A DNA stretch of 64,000 nt from Amphiscolops sp. MND2022 (lineage: Eukaryota), in NCBI GenBank assembly GCA_964187785.1, contig OZ076417.1:17050001-17114000 (forward strand). Direction: 5' to 3'. The translations under genes were made by a program, and so were the position numbers. Below, piece after piece: positions 11,995-24,400 of this stretch. Each line of letters starts with the position of its first letter. The first letter of the stretch is position 1. The notes under the pieces are model-generated. The model did no database searches, was not told where the DNA came from, and worked only from the letters and a program-made list of their open reading frames with translations.

Positions 11995-12385
11995 TCAAGG
12001 TTATTAATATTTTTCATCATTTTATGTTACTGCAAACAATTTATTTTACCGCAAACTATAAATCAAATATTTAACTATAAATGTTTTCAATTTACTTCAT
12101 CGAACCATTTACTAGAGCACTTAAGAAACAGCAGCAGCTGATAGTAGCACCAGCTCGCTGAACGGTCAGTTCAGAAGGAAGTAAAAACAAAATTTTGGTA
12201 TTGCAAAAGAAATCAAAGAGAAACAAAAAGTTTTGGGTTGGTAACTCAGTAGCATGCGCGTGCGCGCAGTCCGAATGCTCTCAACAGGTTTCTGTGAAGC
12301 TTAGCAACGGATAGAGAAGAGCATTGGGAGGGTCATGACGTAGCCCGATTTAGGTTAAGGTTAGTAAGCGTTGAGAAAAATAGTT

Positions 12386-15300
12386 TTATTCATCGAAAAA
12401 GAGTTTGACTAGTTTCGTAAGCGGGCGAGTAAAAATTCCATTGGCAGTTTGTACACGAGCGACACGTGCTGTTCCATCATTTCCAGTGTAGAGATTCAGA
12501 ATCCGTGCACGAGGCCAGTGGAGTGGCGGAACTCGATCTTCCTTGATGAGAACCAAGTCAGAGACCTGTAGAGGTTGAGTGTCGAGCTTCCATTTGTCGT
12601 GCTGCTGTAAATTCGACAGATACCAGCGGGACCAGAAGCTGTCATGAATTTGCTGCACTAACTTCAATCGGGTGTGAAGTGTAAATCGGGCCTTTGGTGG
12701 AGCATTGCTACTCTCAGTTGGCAGAGAATGTAAGGGCGCACCGATCTGAAAATGTCCAGGCGATAGTACTTCCATATCGTTAGGATCGTGCGACATTGGA
12801 GTCAAAGGACGTGAGTTGAGGCATGCCTCCACATGGGCAAGTACTGTGCTGAGCTCCTCGAAGGTCAACGCTTGCAAGCCAATAGATCGTCTGAGAATTT
12901 TACAGCTCTTGACCGCTGCTTCCCAGAGTCCGCCGAAGTGTGGGGCCCTTGGAGGGATCGTGACCCATTCTACTCCTCGTGTGGCTGCATACGCGCTCAG
13001 TGAAGACTCCTTGTTGGTACTTAATAGGTCCTGGAGGGCATTCAACTCATTGCGAGCACCGATGAGAAGATGGTGCTTGGCAGACCACGCCGTGCTACAA
13101 ATCTTTTGAGGCCACCAATACAAGCTGCTGATGTGAGGGCTGAGACTAGTTCGATATGAACAGCCTTTGTTGCGAAGCAAACGAAGATGAAGATGTAGGC
13201 CTTTTGTGTGGATCTCGACATTGAACTTTTCAGTGTGAGCGGGCCGGCGAAGTCCAGTCCCGTTTTGGTGAAGGGTCGACTGGGAGTTATTCGCTCTGCT
13301 GGAAGATCGCCCATTCGTGGTTGCTCCGCTCTAGCCATGAACCTGCGACATGTAGTGCAACCTCGAATTACCCGCTGAACACATCTCGGACCATCAATAA
13401 TCCAATAATGTCGGCGGAGTTCATAGAGAGTAGCTTGCGGACCGCCATGAAGAACATCTGCATGAGCTTTTCTGATGAGAAGTGTGGCAAAATGGGATTT
13501 TCCCGCGATGATTGCTGGATAGGTTGCATCAGTGTCGTGTGAGCCCTGTCCGAGTCGACCACCAACTCTAATGATAGAGAGCTCTTCGTCGAAGAAGGGG
13601 GAGAGGGAGAGGAGTCGTCCATGATACTGTGACATGCGCGTGTGCGCAGCCAAGTTTTTGAGATCCTCGCCAAGGAACTGTTTTTGATGAAGCGTCACGA
13701 GCTTGCTGCGTGCCTTGACGAGCTCCGATTGTTGAATTGGGCCTTGAATGGGCGATAAACCACTGAAACTGTCCAAAAAGCGTAGAACGAAAACAAGTGT
13801 TCTTTGCAGACGGTTGAAATTAGAGAAGCAATCAAAGTCTATTACAGCTCGTTTTTCGACCAAATGTAAGCCGGTGAGTGGCCTCTTTCGTTTTTCGGGG
13901 GATGCTGTTGTGGGAATGGAAGGCTGATGGGGCCATGAAGAGTCGCAGTGGCTTAGCCAGGAAGGTCCTTGCCACCAGAGATCAAATGAGATCATTTCTG
14001 ACGCTGTCAAGCCACGCGATACACAGTCCGCAGGATTTTGATCGGATGAAACATGCTTCCATTGGGACGGGGGAATCTGTTCCTGAATGAGAGCCACCCT
14101 GTTACCGACAAAACAGCTCCAGGTTCCAGGATAACTGGCTAACCATGACAGCACGATTGTGGAATCTGTCCATCCAATGATTTCTGTTATTGTTATCGGA
14201 AGGCTTTGCAGAGCGTTGATGGTCGAGCGCAATAACTGGGAACCCAGGGCAGCAGCGCAGAGTTCTAGACGAGGTAGTGTGAGTGTTTTGATTGGAGCAA
14301 CCCGTGACTTGGACGTGAGAAGCGAAACCTTTATTGTTCCATCTGTTCTCTTCACTCGTGAGATCACTGCTCCATATGCCACTTCAGAAGCGTCACAGAA
14401 AACATGAAGTTCCATCGTTGTCTCCGTTTGATTAGGTATGAGCACACACCTAGGAATATTGCGTCTTGAGATGTTGGGAAGATCAGTACGAGCAGAGAGC
14501 CACGACTCCAAAATGTTGGGAGGAACATCATCGTCCCATGCCACGCCTGCCACCCAGGTTTGCTGAACCAGGATCTTGAAACGAATAATGACGGGTGAGA
14601 GCCAGCCTAGTGGGTCATACAGCTTGGCTATGTCGGAGAGCATCTGTCGTTTTGTTTTCACAACTCGAAAGCTGCCTTCACCAGAAACTGTGAAGTGGAA
14701 GACATCCTGGAGCGGGGACCAGTGAACACCAAGAACTTTAATCTGATGGGTGTGATCATGGATTTCATAGGCTTCGGGTGCTTCCTTCAGTTCAGCAGGC
14801 ATGTGACAGATTGCCTCGGGCTTGTTTGATGACCACTTTCGCAGTCTCATGCCAGCACACTGAAGGGTTGATTGAAGTGCATCCTGCAATTGCCTTGCCT
14901 CATCCACTGTTGGTGCTCCAGAAAGCATATCATCAACAACGAAATCCCTCAAAATTACCTGTCTCGCATTGGCATGTTCACTCTCTTTCCCTACAGCTTG
15001 CAAACTCTTGATAGCATGATGTGCTGATGATCTCACTCCATATGTCACGCGAGTCATGCGCCACGTCTGGATTGGGTCACAAGGTTGGTCTCGCCAAAGG
15101 ATGCGGTGGTAGTCACGGCTGGAGGGGTGTAGACCGATTTGCCTGTACATCTTCTCTACGTCTGCTGAGAGGGCCACAACATGAAATCGGAAACTCAGTA
15201 AAATGTCGCAAAGATTGTCCTGGAGAGTTGGACCTGTCATCAATGAGTCGTTAAGTGACGTGCCATTCGTGGTAACAGCTGAAGCATCGAACACAATCCG

Positions 15301-16173
15301 TAGCTTTGTTGTGGTACTGCTTTCCTTCACTACGTGATGGTGTGGCAAGTAGTAGACATCATGGGGTAGCTTGAAGAGTTCATCAGAAGGTACTCGTTCG
15401 AGGTGACCGGCATCAATGAAACCATTCATGAAGTCGACGTATGCCTGTTTCTGAGGGTGATTGGCTAGACGTCGTTCTACACTAAGCAGTCGTCTTTTGG
15501 CTTGGGAGAAGCTGTCGCCAAGGGGTTGGGCATCCGGTTTGAAAGGAAGTTTGACAATATATCTTCCTTCAGCATCACGAGTAGTCGTCTGAATGAAGAA
15601 ATCCTCGCAGGCCTTTTCTTCAGCTGAAAGCTGCCTCTCCGGTGATGTTGGAATATTCTCGATTTCCCAAAAACGAGACAAGAGCTTGTCTGCTTGGGAG
15701 TCATTGCAGGGGGAACTGAAATGAAGAGTTTGAGCGTTGCATAAAAGTGTTCGAGCTGTCTTGTGTTCCAAAGTTGATTTGGTCTGATCCGAATAAAGCG
15801 TGCCACTGAGAACCCAGCCACACAGTGTTTCCCGAACGTAGAGTCGGGGCTGTATCTGAAACTTGTTATTCAGAACAATGGTTTCGAAGAGGTCAACTCC
15901 TATGAGCAGGTCAATTGGGCCGGGAATATTGAAGTCAGGATCTGCGAGATGGAGCTCTTCCATTTGCTTGAGGGACGACTTGTCAATGGGATGCGTTGGA
16001 AGGTTATACGTGATCGTTTTCAGAACCAGAGCTGTGGTCTGTAGTTGTTCTGACTTGTAGGGACACCAGAGATCCAGAGTAACTTCAGACTGGGGTCGTG
16101 GCATGCGCGTGCGCGCTATCCCTGTGTAGGTCACAGCTGTACGGGTTTGCTTCAGCCCCAATTTCTGAGCCAT
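12386..16173 (-). pseudogene. pol: BEL/Pao Pol (protease remnant, RT, RNase H, integrase), frameshifted
   Basis: ORFs 13042-16173 and 12386-13180. RT: LPHHHVVKESSTTTKLRIVFDAS, ADVEKMYRQI, FVVDD. RNase H: LHVFCDASEVAYGAV. IN: H..H/CTTC, GLDFAGP, HFGGLWEAAVK. The SDNGTNF motif is deleted with a frameshift near 13063; the protease D(S/T)G motif is absent at about 16174-16230. Confidence 0.93.
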
Positions 16174-16227
16174 GTGGGTGATAATTGCCTTTTAGCCTAA
16201 TTGTTGTGATAAACTTATTAAATAGAA

Positions 16228-17577
16228 TCATCTTGTCAAAATGGTCGCAGTTCCAATCGACGTCCCAGCATCCTTGGTGTGTCCCACTTGTTGTAGGTCC
16301 TTGTGAAGAAGCGTGTGATGTTTCCTCTGGCATGTCCTGCATGTATTTTTACTCGTACACGCCTTTGGTCGATGCCCAGTTGAGAGACAATTGAAACATA
16401 CATCCAGTTCCTTGGCCTTGGTGTATCGTTCGTCAGTAGAAAGTTCGTTAAAAACTTGGCACTTGAAGAGGCGGTGGTCAGAAGCCTTGCAAAGGATACA
16501 ACCTTGCTCTTGTGTTCCCAGGTACGAGTGATTGTGAACTGAAGACTGCGGCTTGGATGATACCTTCTGTGTAACCTCTTGACCCGACTTGGTAGGACTT
16601 GCTTCTAATGCTCTCACACGTGCCGCTAGAAAGGCTAGTAGGTCCGGCAGTGTTTGGGGATCCGCATTACTTCCAGCGGAAGGTTTTTGAAGCTCCCACA
16701 GCTTTCGTGTTTCTGGATCTAACTTCTCGGCAATGAGAAAAACGATGAGATGATCATCTGTGACACCTAACTTGGATAGGGCTGACGTGTGCTCGTGCAT
16801 TACTGTGTGCAGTTTACGTAGCGCAGTGGAATGCTCGGTCCTCAAAGTAGGGTAGTTGTAGAGTGCTTGGAATCGAGCCCGAAGAATACATCGCTTGTTC
16901 TCGTACCTCTCACGGATTAGTCCACATGCGATTGGATAATTGTCATCAGTTATCGATAAAGAAGAGACAACCTTGAACGCTTCACCCTTGAGGGAACTCT
17001 TGAGATAGTTGAGTTTTTGGGAACCAGATAAGGAATCAGCATCAACTGATGCTTGAAACTGGTCCCAGAACGATGTCCATTCAGTATACTTGCCATCGAA
17101 GAGAGGAAGTGCAATCTTAGGAAGTTTGACCTTACCTGAGGGGCTGGCGGATGTTTGAACTGTTGATTGGGGAGTTTTGATTAGGTACTTGACTTCTGCG
17201 AGCTTCTCCTTTACCCTGTCAACGTATTCGAGAATATCGATTTCCTCATCCGCGCGTCGTTCATCGGTCATCATTTGCAGGATCTCTTCGTCAAGCTGTA
17301 TCAGCGTTCCCAACTTTTCTGTCAGTCGTTCGTGGCAACCTCTAATCTGTTGAACGATAGATGCATTGGCGTCCGCTTGCGGGATAAGATCGTCCATCTT
17401 GGATATGAGCCTTGCTACAGCGCCACGATGTGCAGCTCGGGTCCTTCTGATACGAGATTCCTTGGAAGATGGAGATGATTCTGGACTTTCGTCATCAGTG
17501 TGGGCTTCCAGCACCGATAGGGACTTCTTCTGCCGCTTGGACTGTTTAGACTTGGCCATTGAGCATCGATAAGACAA
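16228..17577 (-). CDS. gag: BEL/Pao Gag (DUF1759-like region, three Cys/His knuckles)
   Basis: 449-aa ORF: KLPKIALPLFDGKYTEWTSFWDQF, CILCKASDHRLFKC, CFNCLSTGHRPKAC, CRTCQRKHHTLLH. It stops where the protease should begin. Confidence 0.93.
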   Translation of the reverse strand: MSYRCSMAKSKQSKRQKKSLSVLEAHTDDESPESSPSSKESRIRRTRAAHRGAVARLISKMDDLIPQADANASIVQQIRGCHERLTEKLGTLIQLDEEILQMMTDERRADEEIDILEYVDRVKEKLAEVKYLIKTPQSTVQTSASPSGKVKLPKIALPLFDGKYTEWTSFWDQFQASVDADSLSGSQKLNYLKSSLKGEAFKVVSSLSITDDNYPIACGLIRERYENKRCILRARFQALYNYPTLRTEHSTALRKLHTVMHEHTSALSKLGVTDDHLIVFLIAEKLDPETRKLWELQKPSAGSNADPQTLPDLLAFLAARVRALEASPTKSGQEVTQKVSSKPQSSVHNHSYLGTQEQGCILCKASDHRLFKCQVFNELSTDERYTKAKELDVCFNCLSTGHRPKACTSKNTCRTCQRKHHTLLHKDLQQVGHTKDAGTSIGTATILTR

Positions 17578-17622
17578 TTGTAGTTTTGAAGAGATAATTG
17601 AACTAAATGGAGAACCGATTAG

Positions 17623-17640
17623 GTCCCTTGTGGGGCGCCA
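17623..17640 (-). promoter_or_regulatory. Primer-binding site TGGCGCCCCACAAGGGAC (tRNA-Lys-like)
   Basis: Begins with TGG 2 nt inside the 5' LTR; 15/18 match to the classic tRNA-Lys(UUU) PBS TGGCGCCCGAACAGGGAC. tRNA identity is tentative. Confidence 0.8.
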
Positions 17641-17642
17641 AA

Positions 17643-17933
17643 TGTTTAGTGATCAACTAAATTGTTAAACTGGAGAATCAAAACCAGAGGTGAGGTTAAG
17701 AATCAATTGAAGTTTGCGTCTTCTATCTATGGCGGTATGAAAGAAGTGAAAGGAGCTCGAGAGCTATATATTATTTACAAACAATACCGGTCGATGGCTG
17801 TAGTTTTTAGGAGGCTTAAATCATTTGTAAACAAACATGTCAATCAAACTGCACAAATGTAAGTGTCAATCAAAGATGTCAGTGACGTATTAGTAAACAT
17901 CATGTCATTCAAAATTAGATGTGGCAGTGAACA
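17643..17933 (-). repeat. 5' LTR of BEL/Pao element
   Basis: TG...CA termini, adjacent to PBS, outer side flanked by GTGAT TSD. Confidence 0.95.
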
Positions 17934-18455
17934 GTGATGACTATGAGAGCTCAGAAAGTATGGACTGCTGGAGGAGTTAATCCGAGCAATACTTGAGTTC
18001 AAGAGAACAACTTTGACCCACAAGGGAGGATTGCATACAATTACTTCGTTTAAAATTGATTGCTGGCTACATCAATTGATGCTTGACTGATGAATTCTCG
18101 AATTAAGTATCAAAAGTCAGAAGAAAAATGATAAGGTTTTCGAGAACTGACATGCTGTTTTTGGGCCTTCTAGGCAATTGTTTCTCGATGATAAGAAACG
18201 AACAGCGGAAATTGATTAAAGAACAAGACCAACTAAATGCATTTCCCTTCCAGGGAAACATTTATTTCAACGCAAGAAGTTGGTTTTGGATCTCATCGTT
18301 ACAAAAAATTTGAAAATTTAAGAACAAAACCAAAAACATAAAATCAGAAACGTATCTGATACATCGTCTGAAACGTTCCTCAAATTTTGCCTCATTTGTG
18401 GCGACAGGGAAGAGTGTCGATTGAAACGATGAGGTGTAACATATAATAATGACAA

Positions 18456-21400
18456 CTACAAAATATTACAATTCGAATTTGTATTATTATTTCTGGACCT
18501 GCAAGGACTGCAGTTACTGTTATTTCTCTGTCTCCTATTGCTAACAGGTTGTCTACTCCTGTAGTTGGGCGAGGAGGAGGATGGTGAATATGAATAAGAG
18601 GGTGCCAGTTCGTCCGCAGCCAGCTGGTTCTCCGTCTGTTGGATTCGGCGAGCCAGTTCTTCGTCGTTTCTGCACTGCTCCGCCTTGTCCAGTCTCAGAG
18701 CCAGTTCGTAGTCCGAGGCAGCAACCGCAGAGGTATCCGTCACCTGGACAAGAAATAGGATATAAAAACGTATTTGGAGACCCTTTGCAGGCCCTACAAA
18801 TACCCTTTAGAGACATTAAAAAAAGACTTAAAAAGTCTCAAAGCCGAAAGAGGGTAAGTGTGTGTGCCGAAAAAACCAAAAGGGGCCTTTCTTCTTTGGA
18901 ATGGTTTTGTATTTCATGTTACAGGCTTTGGATGCGAAGTAAGAAAACGATCAAGTCATTCAGCCCAGTTTAATGTCAAATAGAATCCAATCCGAATTCG
19001 GCACTGTGAGACAAGGTTGTCACCTGGTTGGAGTCTATGATGACAAACTCTGAGGGGTCAGTAGGTGCAACTGGTGTTGGGTCACCCACACCTGTTTCCA
19101 CTTCGGCCGAATGAGAGACTTGAGACTTGGTGAAGAAGCTGTTGACAAACTCGTTGTCCCCGTGCACACAAGTGAGAGCCTCCCACACTACCGAATGCAC
19201 CCTGAGGAAGCCTTGGTCAGTCACTAGCTGGTACAGAGCACCTGTCGCAAACAACAACACTTGCATGAAATCGAACCCGCTTGACTGGAGACCAAGCACA
19301 TATATATTATTCACCTAGTAGAATCCAATTACAGTGGAATCCGCCAAATTCTCATCTCTAGGGACCGAATAAAATGTTACGAACAATGATAAATACTGAT
19401 CAACAGGATGAAATTACTGTGATCGTCGGGAAGAGGGTTTCGAAGATACGAACTAAACTAAGATCCGAAATATCCGAATACGAATTAACCGCAGTTGACT
19501 GTAGTATGTAGGGCTTGATTGCTTATAACTAAAATTTCAAGAATATCAAAGGATGAGGTCAACCTAATTGGTGACTAAACATTAAGCATGGATATTTTCC
19601 ACGCAAATTTTGTCCTGGAAAAGCTTCTCAACTTGGTTTCAAAACCAACAACGGAACTGGTTAGGCAACCAAAAAGCTGCCGAAAACCCGTGCAGTATCG
19701 CGATTTTGAATGAAAATTTTGATTGAAACAAATTTTCAAAATGATTGTCATGAACAAAGTGATTAGTTCCCAAAGATCAATTGTATCAAGCTTAATGTGA
19801 AATCCCGGAGGATAATTTTGCAGGACTTTCCAGAGATGAACAAGACAGCCACTAAGCGCCGTGATTTTTAAGGCGCCACAAAATTTCAGGCTCCAGCCCG
19901 GGTTCGAACCCACGACCTCCTAAGTAAGGAGTGAGTGAGACTTGCTTGAACTGGCCTTGGTGTTTGGTGATGGTGGAAAAGTGGTTATTCCTGAACAGCA
20001 CTGTCACTTGTTGCTCCTTCAGCTGAGAAGTCAGCTCGAATAGTCCATGGTAAGTGAGCTACAACACAAACATATGCATTCAAACTCAACGCTTCAACTT
20101 ACAAAGTGATAGACATTCACGGAGGAATAAGCCAAATGTTCTTGCTTAAATTCACGTTAAACTTTACGAAACACGGGCTCTTGCGAACAAAACAACCTGT
20201 TGTTTTCTCTACATGGAATTCAAGTAAGAGCATTTTTCGTCACAGCTTACATCGGCAAATTACATTTACATTTTCAACGAAACAATTTGGAGAGAGTTTT
20301 CAAAAATATATAAGGTGTATGTTTATGAACCTGATTGGATGTGCTCTCTAGGAAGTCTCCAATGAGGACTCTACCCACGCCATCGTCATCCTCTTTTTCT
20401 TCCAGAGCCAGTTCCACACACTTGTTGTAGTAGTTGTCCCCTATCCGGGAAAACAACTCCACATTCTGAGGGTCCACTAACCAACCATGGTATAGTCTGG
20501 CAACAAAAAAAATCACAATCGATAAATGAAAAAAAAGTGCATCCACTGATAACTCAAGATATTTTATCAGATAGGCAATTCAAAAAATACTTTTCTTTTA
20601 ATATTTCGGCTCATTTAAAATTGCCCAGACAGATCAGTAGGTCAGAGCATCAATAGCAAAAAAAAGGAAAAGATAGACCTTTCCGATCAATCTGGGTCTA
20701 TCCTTTTCTATTCAAAGGAAATTCTTGGTCAACAGTTGTTTATTTCAATCGAATACACTTACCGACAGAAGTTCAGTCCTTTGCTGAATAAGTCCAAATG
20801 CTACAAAACGTTTCATAGAACAACAGCAGTAAATTGTGCTGTTTTCATTTCTGAAGCTCAAATTTTTCCTCACAAAAAGATTTCACACACTTCCGGTTCT
20901 TCAGCTGAGTTTAATTAAGGACAGAACTTTTTTCAGTAAGTATAGTTTGAGGGGGGACTCTTCAATTAGTCGAACACGTATTAATTTAGCGACCATGGTA
21001 TGACGTAATAAAATGAATTGATTTCGGCCAATCAAATTCGAGCATTCAAAATTACGATAACGTAGTCAGATATGTTCACATACCCCTAGTGCTCTAAATG
21101 CAGGAGCGAAGCGGAGCGACGTGCCATATGGCCATGCCTCAATGTTGCTACTCGGCGAAGGGAGCGAAGCGACCGAGCCATACAACAAATATGTTATTCG
21201 CCAAAAAATAAAACCAAATGAAAATAATCGCTGATATGGAATTCTTTCGACGAATTGAATAGCTTTGCATTTTCCGACGATTGGAATGTTCGACGAATTG
21301 AAGTTGCACCAGTTTGAGGTAAAGCGTCAGATGAAATTTGCATCCAATAACAGTTTGTCAGTTTTCAGAATAATTTTTCATGCCAACCTGAAATCGAAAA

Positions 21401-24400
21401 TGGGACTTTTCACGCTTTTCGTTGATGCAAAATGTTGTTCACGACTTCCGTAGTTGAACAACAAAGTTGAAAGATTACAAAGTCTGATCAAAGAAAAACG
21501 GAAAAGGCACTCCATAGCAGTACAATTAGACATCATCTAGATCAGTTTCGTCGAAAGGATGCATAAGTTTCAACAAAAACGCCCAAGGACCATTGTACAG
21601 CTTAAATATATCCCAACTTTGTTTGATAGCAATACTGTTTTCATTTTCCGCCCATATTTCACATTTGGGAAACAAACAAATCTCAGCATCATTTTTAAAA
21701 CAAAGTTTGCAGTACTCTAACTTTATACTCAAAACATGGAGCTCATTCCACAGAATTTAACGACGAACAAGCCGGGAAAGTCTCCACTAGGTCCCTAGCT
21801 TAACCCCAATCGAACCGAGAACTTTCGCAAATTTTAAAAAAATGGTCGAAAATTTTCAATAGCTAATATCTTCTTAACTACACATACCAGAAAAATCAAC
21901 TATAGCGGGTTTAAAAGGTCTGATACTGGGCTTTCACTTCAGTTTGGTTAGACTCTGTCGATGCGCACCTTTCTTCCGAATTTCAGTTTTTTCCTGTCTT
22001 TTCATGCGCGACCCCCTCATTCATTACACAAATTCGATTGATAAAAATAGCATATGTGGTTTTGTTGTCTTGTTGTGTAAGAGTACATGGTTGCAGTTTT
22101 ATGGGTTGAGGACTTTTGAGAAAATTAGGTTTTCCCAAAAAAAAATTTAAAAAACCAACTTTTTCTACGTTAGAGAAAAATTCACTTTTCTAGTGCTTGC
22201 GTAAAAGGAAGCGTATTCGTGCGTCTTGAAGAAAAAAGTGACTATTAACCTGGCGATTTTAGTCAACTAAAAGCGCCCACTGAAAATACATTTGTAACAT
22301 ACGAATTTGTGGATATATGTTTTTTTAAATGGAACAAAAGGAAATCTGATTCTTTTCAAGAAAAGAAAGCACTTGAAACAAGCCGAAAATTGTCAAAATT
22401 TTTGATAAATTGAATTTTTCCTGCAGAATTCAAAAGTTTTCGTTGGCATGGGTTCTCTGGCAACGCATGAGTTAAATATGTTGCTACATCCGGACCATAA
22501 ACTTTTGTTCCGACTCGATAACAAGTCATGTCTGATTTGAGCTGGAAAACTTTTCAGAATTGGGCAATCTTGAGTCAAAAAGCGAAGTAGATTCCCAATA
22601 AATGATTCAAACTCTGAAGCTAAAATTTTTCCTCACAAAAAGATTTCACACACTTCCGGTTCTTCAGCTGAGTTTAATTAAGAACAGAACTTTTTTCAGT
22701 AAGTATAGTTTGAGGGGGGACTCTTCAATTCGTCGAACATTCAATTCATCGAACACGTATTAATTTAGCAACCATGGTATGACGTTATGGAATGAATTGA
22801 TTTCGGCCAATCAAATTCGAGCATTCAAAATTACGATAACGTAGTCAGATATGTTCACATACCCCTAGTGCCCTAAATGCAGGAGCGAAGCGAAGCGGAG
22901 CGACGTGCCATATGGCCATGCCTCAATGTTGCTACTTGGCGAAGGGAACGAAGCGACCGAGCCATACAACAAATATGTTATTCGCCACAAAATATAACCA
23001 AATGAAAATAATCGCTGATATGGAATTCTTTCGACGAATTGAATAGCTTTGCATTTTCCGACGATTGGAATGTTCGACGAATTGAAGTTGCACCAGTTTG
23101 AGGTAAAGCGTCAGATGAAATTTGCATCCAATAACAGTTTGTCAGTTTTCAGAATAATTTTTCATGCCAACCTGGAATCGGAAATGGGACTTTTCACGCT
23201 TTTCATCGATGCAAAATGTTGTTCAAGACTTCCGTAGTTGAACAACAAAGTTGAAAGATTACAAAGTCTGATCAAAGAAAAACGGAAAAGGCACTCCATA
23301 GCAGTACAATTAGACATCATCTAGATCAGTTTCGTCGAAAGGATGCATAAGTTTCAACAAAAACGCCCAAGGACCATTGTACAGCTTAAATATATCCCAA
23401 CTTTGTTTGATAGCAATACTGTTTTCATTTTCCGCCCATATTTCACATTTGGGAAACAAACAAATCTCAGCATCATTTTTAAAACAAAGTTTGCAGTACT
23501 CTAACTTTATACTCAAAACATGGAGCTCATTCCACAGAATTTAACGACGAACAAGCCGGGAAAGTCTCCACTAGGTCCCTAGCTTAACCCCAATCGAACC
23601 GAGAACTTTCGCAAATTTTAAAAAAATGGTCGAAAATTTTCAATAGCTAATATCTTCTTAACTACACATACCAGAAAAATCAACTATAGCGGGTTTAAAA
23701 GGTCTGATACTGGGCTTTCACTCCAGTTTGGTTAGACTCTGTCGATGCGCACCTTTCTTCCGAATTTCAGTTTTTCCCTGTCTTTTCATGCGCGACCCCC
23801 TCATTCATTACACAAATTCGATTGATAAAAATAGCATATGTGGTTTTGTTGTCTTGTTGTGTAAGAGTACATGGTTGCAGTTTTATGGGTCAAGGACTTT
23901 TGAGAAAATTAGGTTTTCCCAAAAAAATTTTTAAAAAAAACCAACTTTTTCCAACGTCAGAGAAAAATTCACTTTTCTAGTGCTTGCGTAAAAGGAAGCC
24001 ATTCGTGGGTCTTGAAAAAAAAGTGACTATTAACCTGGCGATTTTAGTCAACTAAAAGCGCCCACTGAAAATACATTTGTAACATACGAATTTGTGGATA
24101 TATCTGTTTTTTTTTTGAATGGAACAAAAGGAAATCTGATTCTTTTCAAGAAAAGAAAGGACTTGAAACAAGCCGATAATTGTCAAAATTTTTGATAAAT
24201 TAAAACTTTTCGTGCAGAATTCAAAAGTTTTCGTTGGCATGGGTTCTTTGGCAACGCATGAGTTAAATATGTTGCTACATCCGGACCGTAAACTTTCGTT
24301 CCGACTCGATAACAAGACAGGTCTGATTTGAGCTGGAAAATTTTTCAGAATTGGGCAATCTGTAAGTCAAAAAACGAAGTAGATTCCCAATAAATGATTC

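Larger units (their letters stand above)
10757..17933 (-). mobile_element. Full-length BEL/Pao LTR retrotransposon (7177 bp) carrying an antisense JmjC cargo gene
   Basis: Two 291-bp direct repeats TGTT...AACA (10757-11047, 17643-17933), identical by eye; 5-bp TSD GTGAT at 10752-10756 and 17934-17938; PBS and PPT adjacent to the LTRs; gag with DUF1759-like region and Cys/His knuckles, then RT-RNase H-integrase in BEL order. Confidence 0.97.

Noticed and set aside
19330-19505. Possible TA-flanked MITE (TACAGT...ACTGTA)
   Set aside because: The inverted match extends only about 6 bp.
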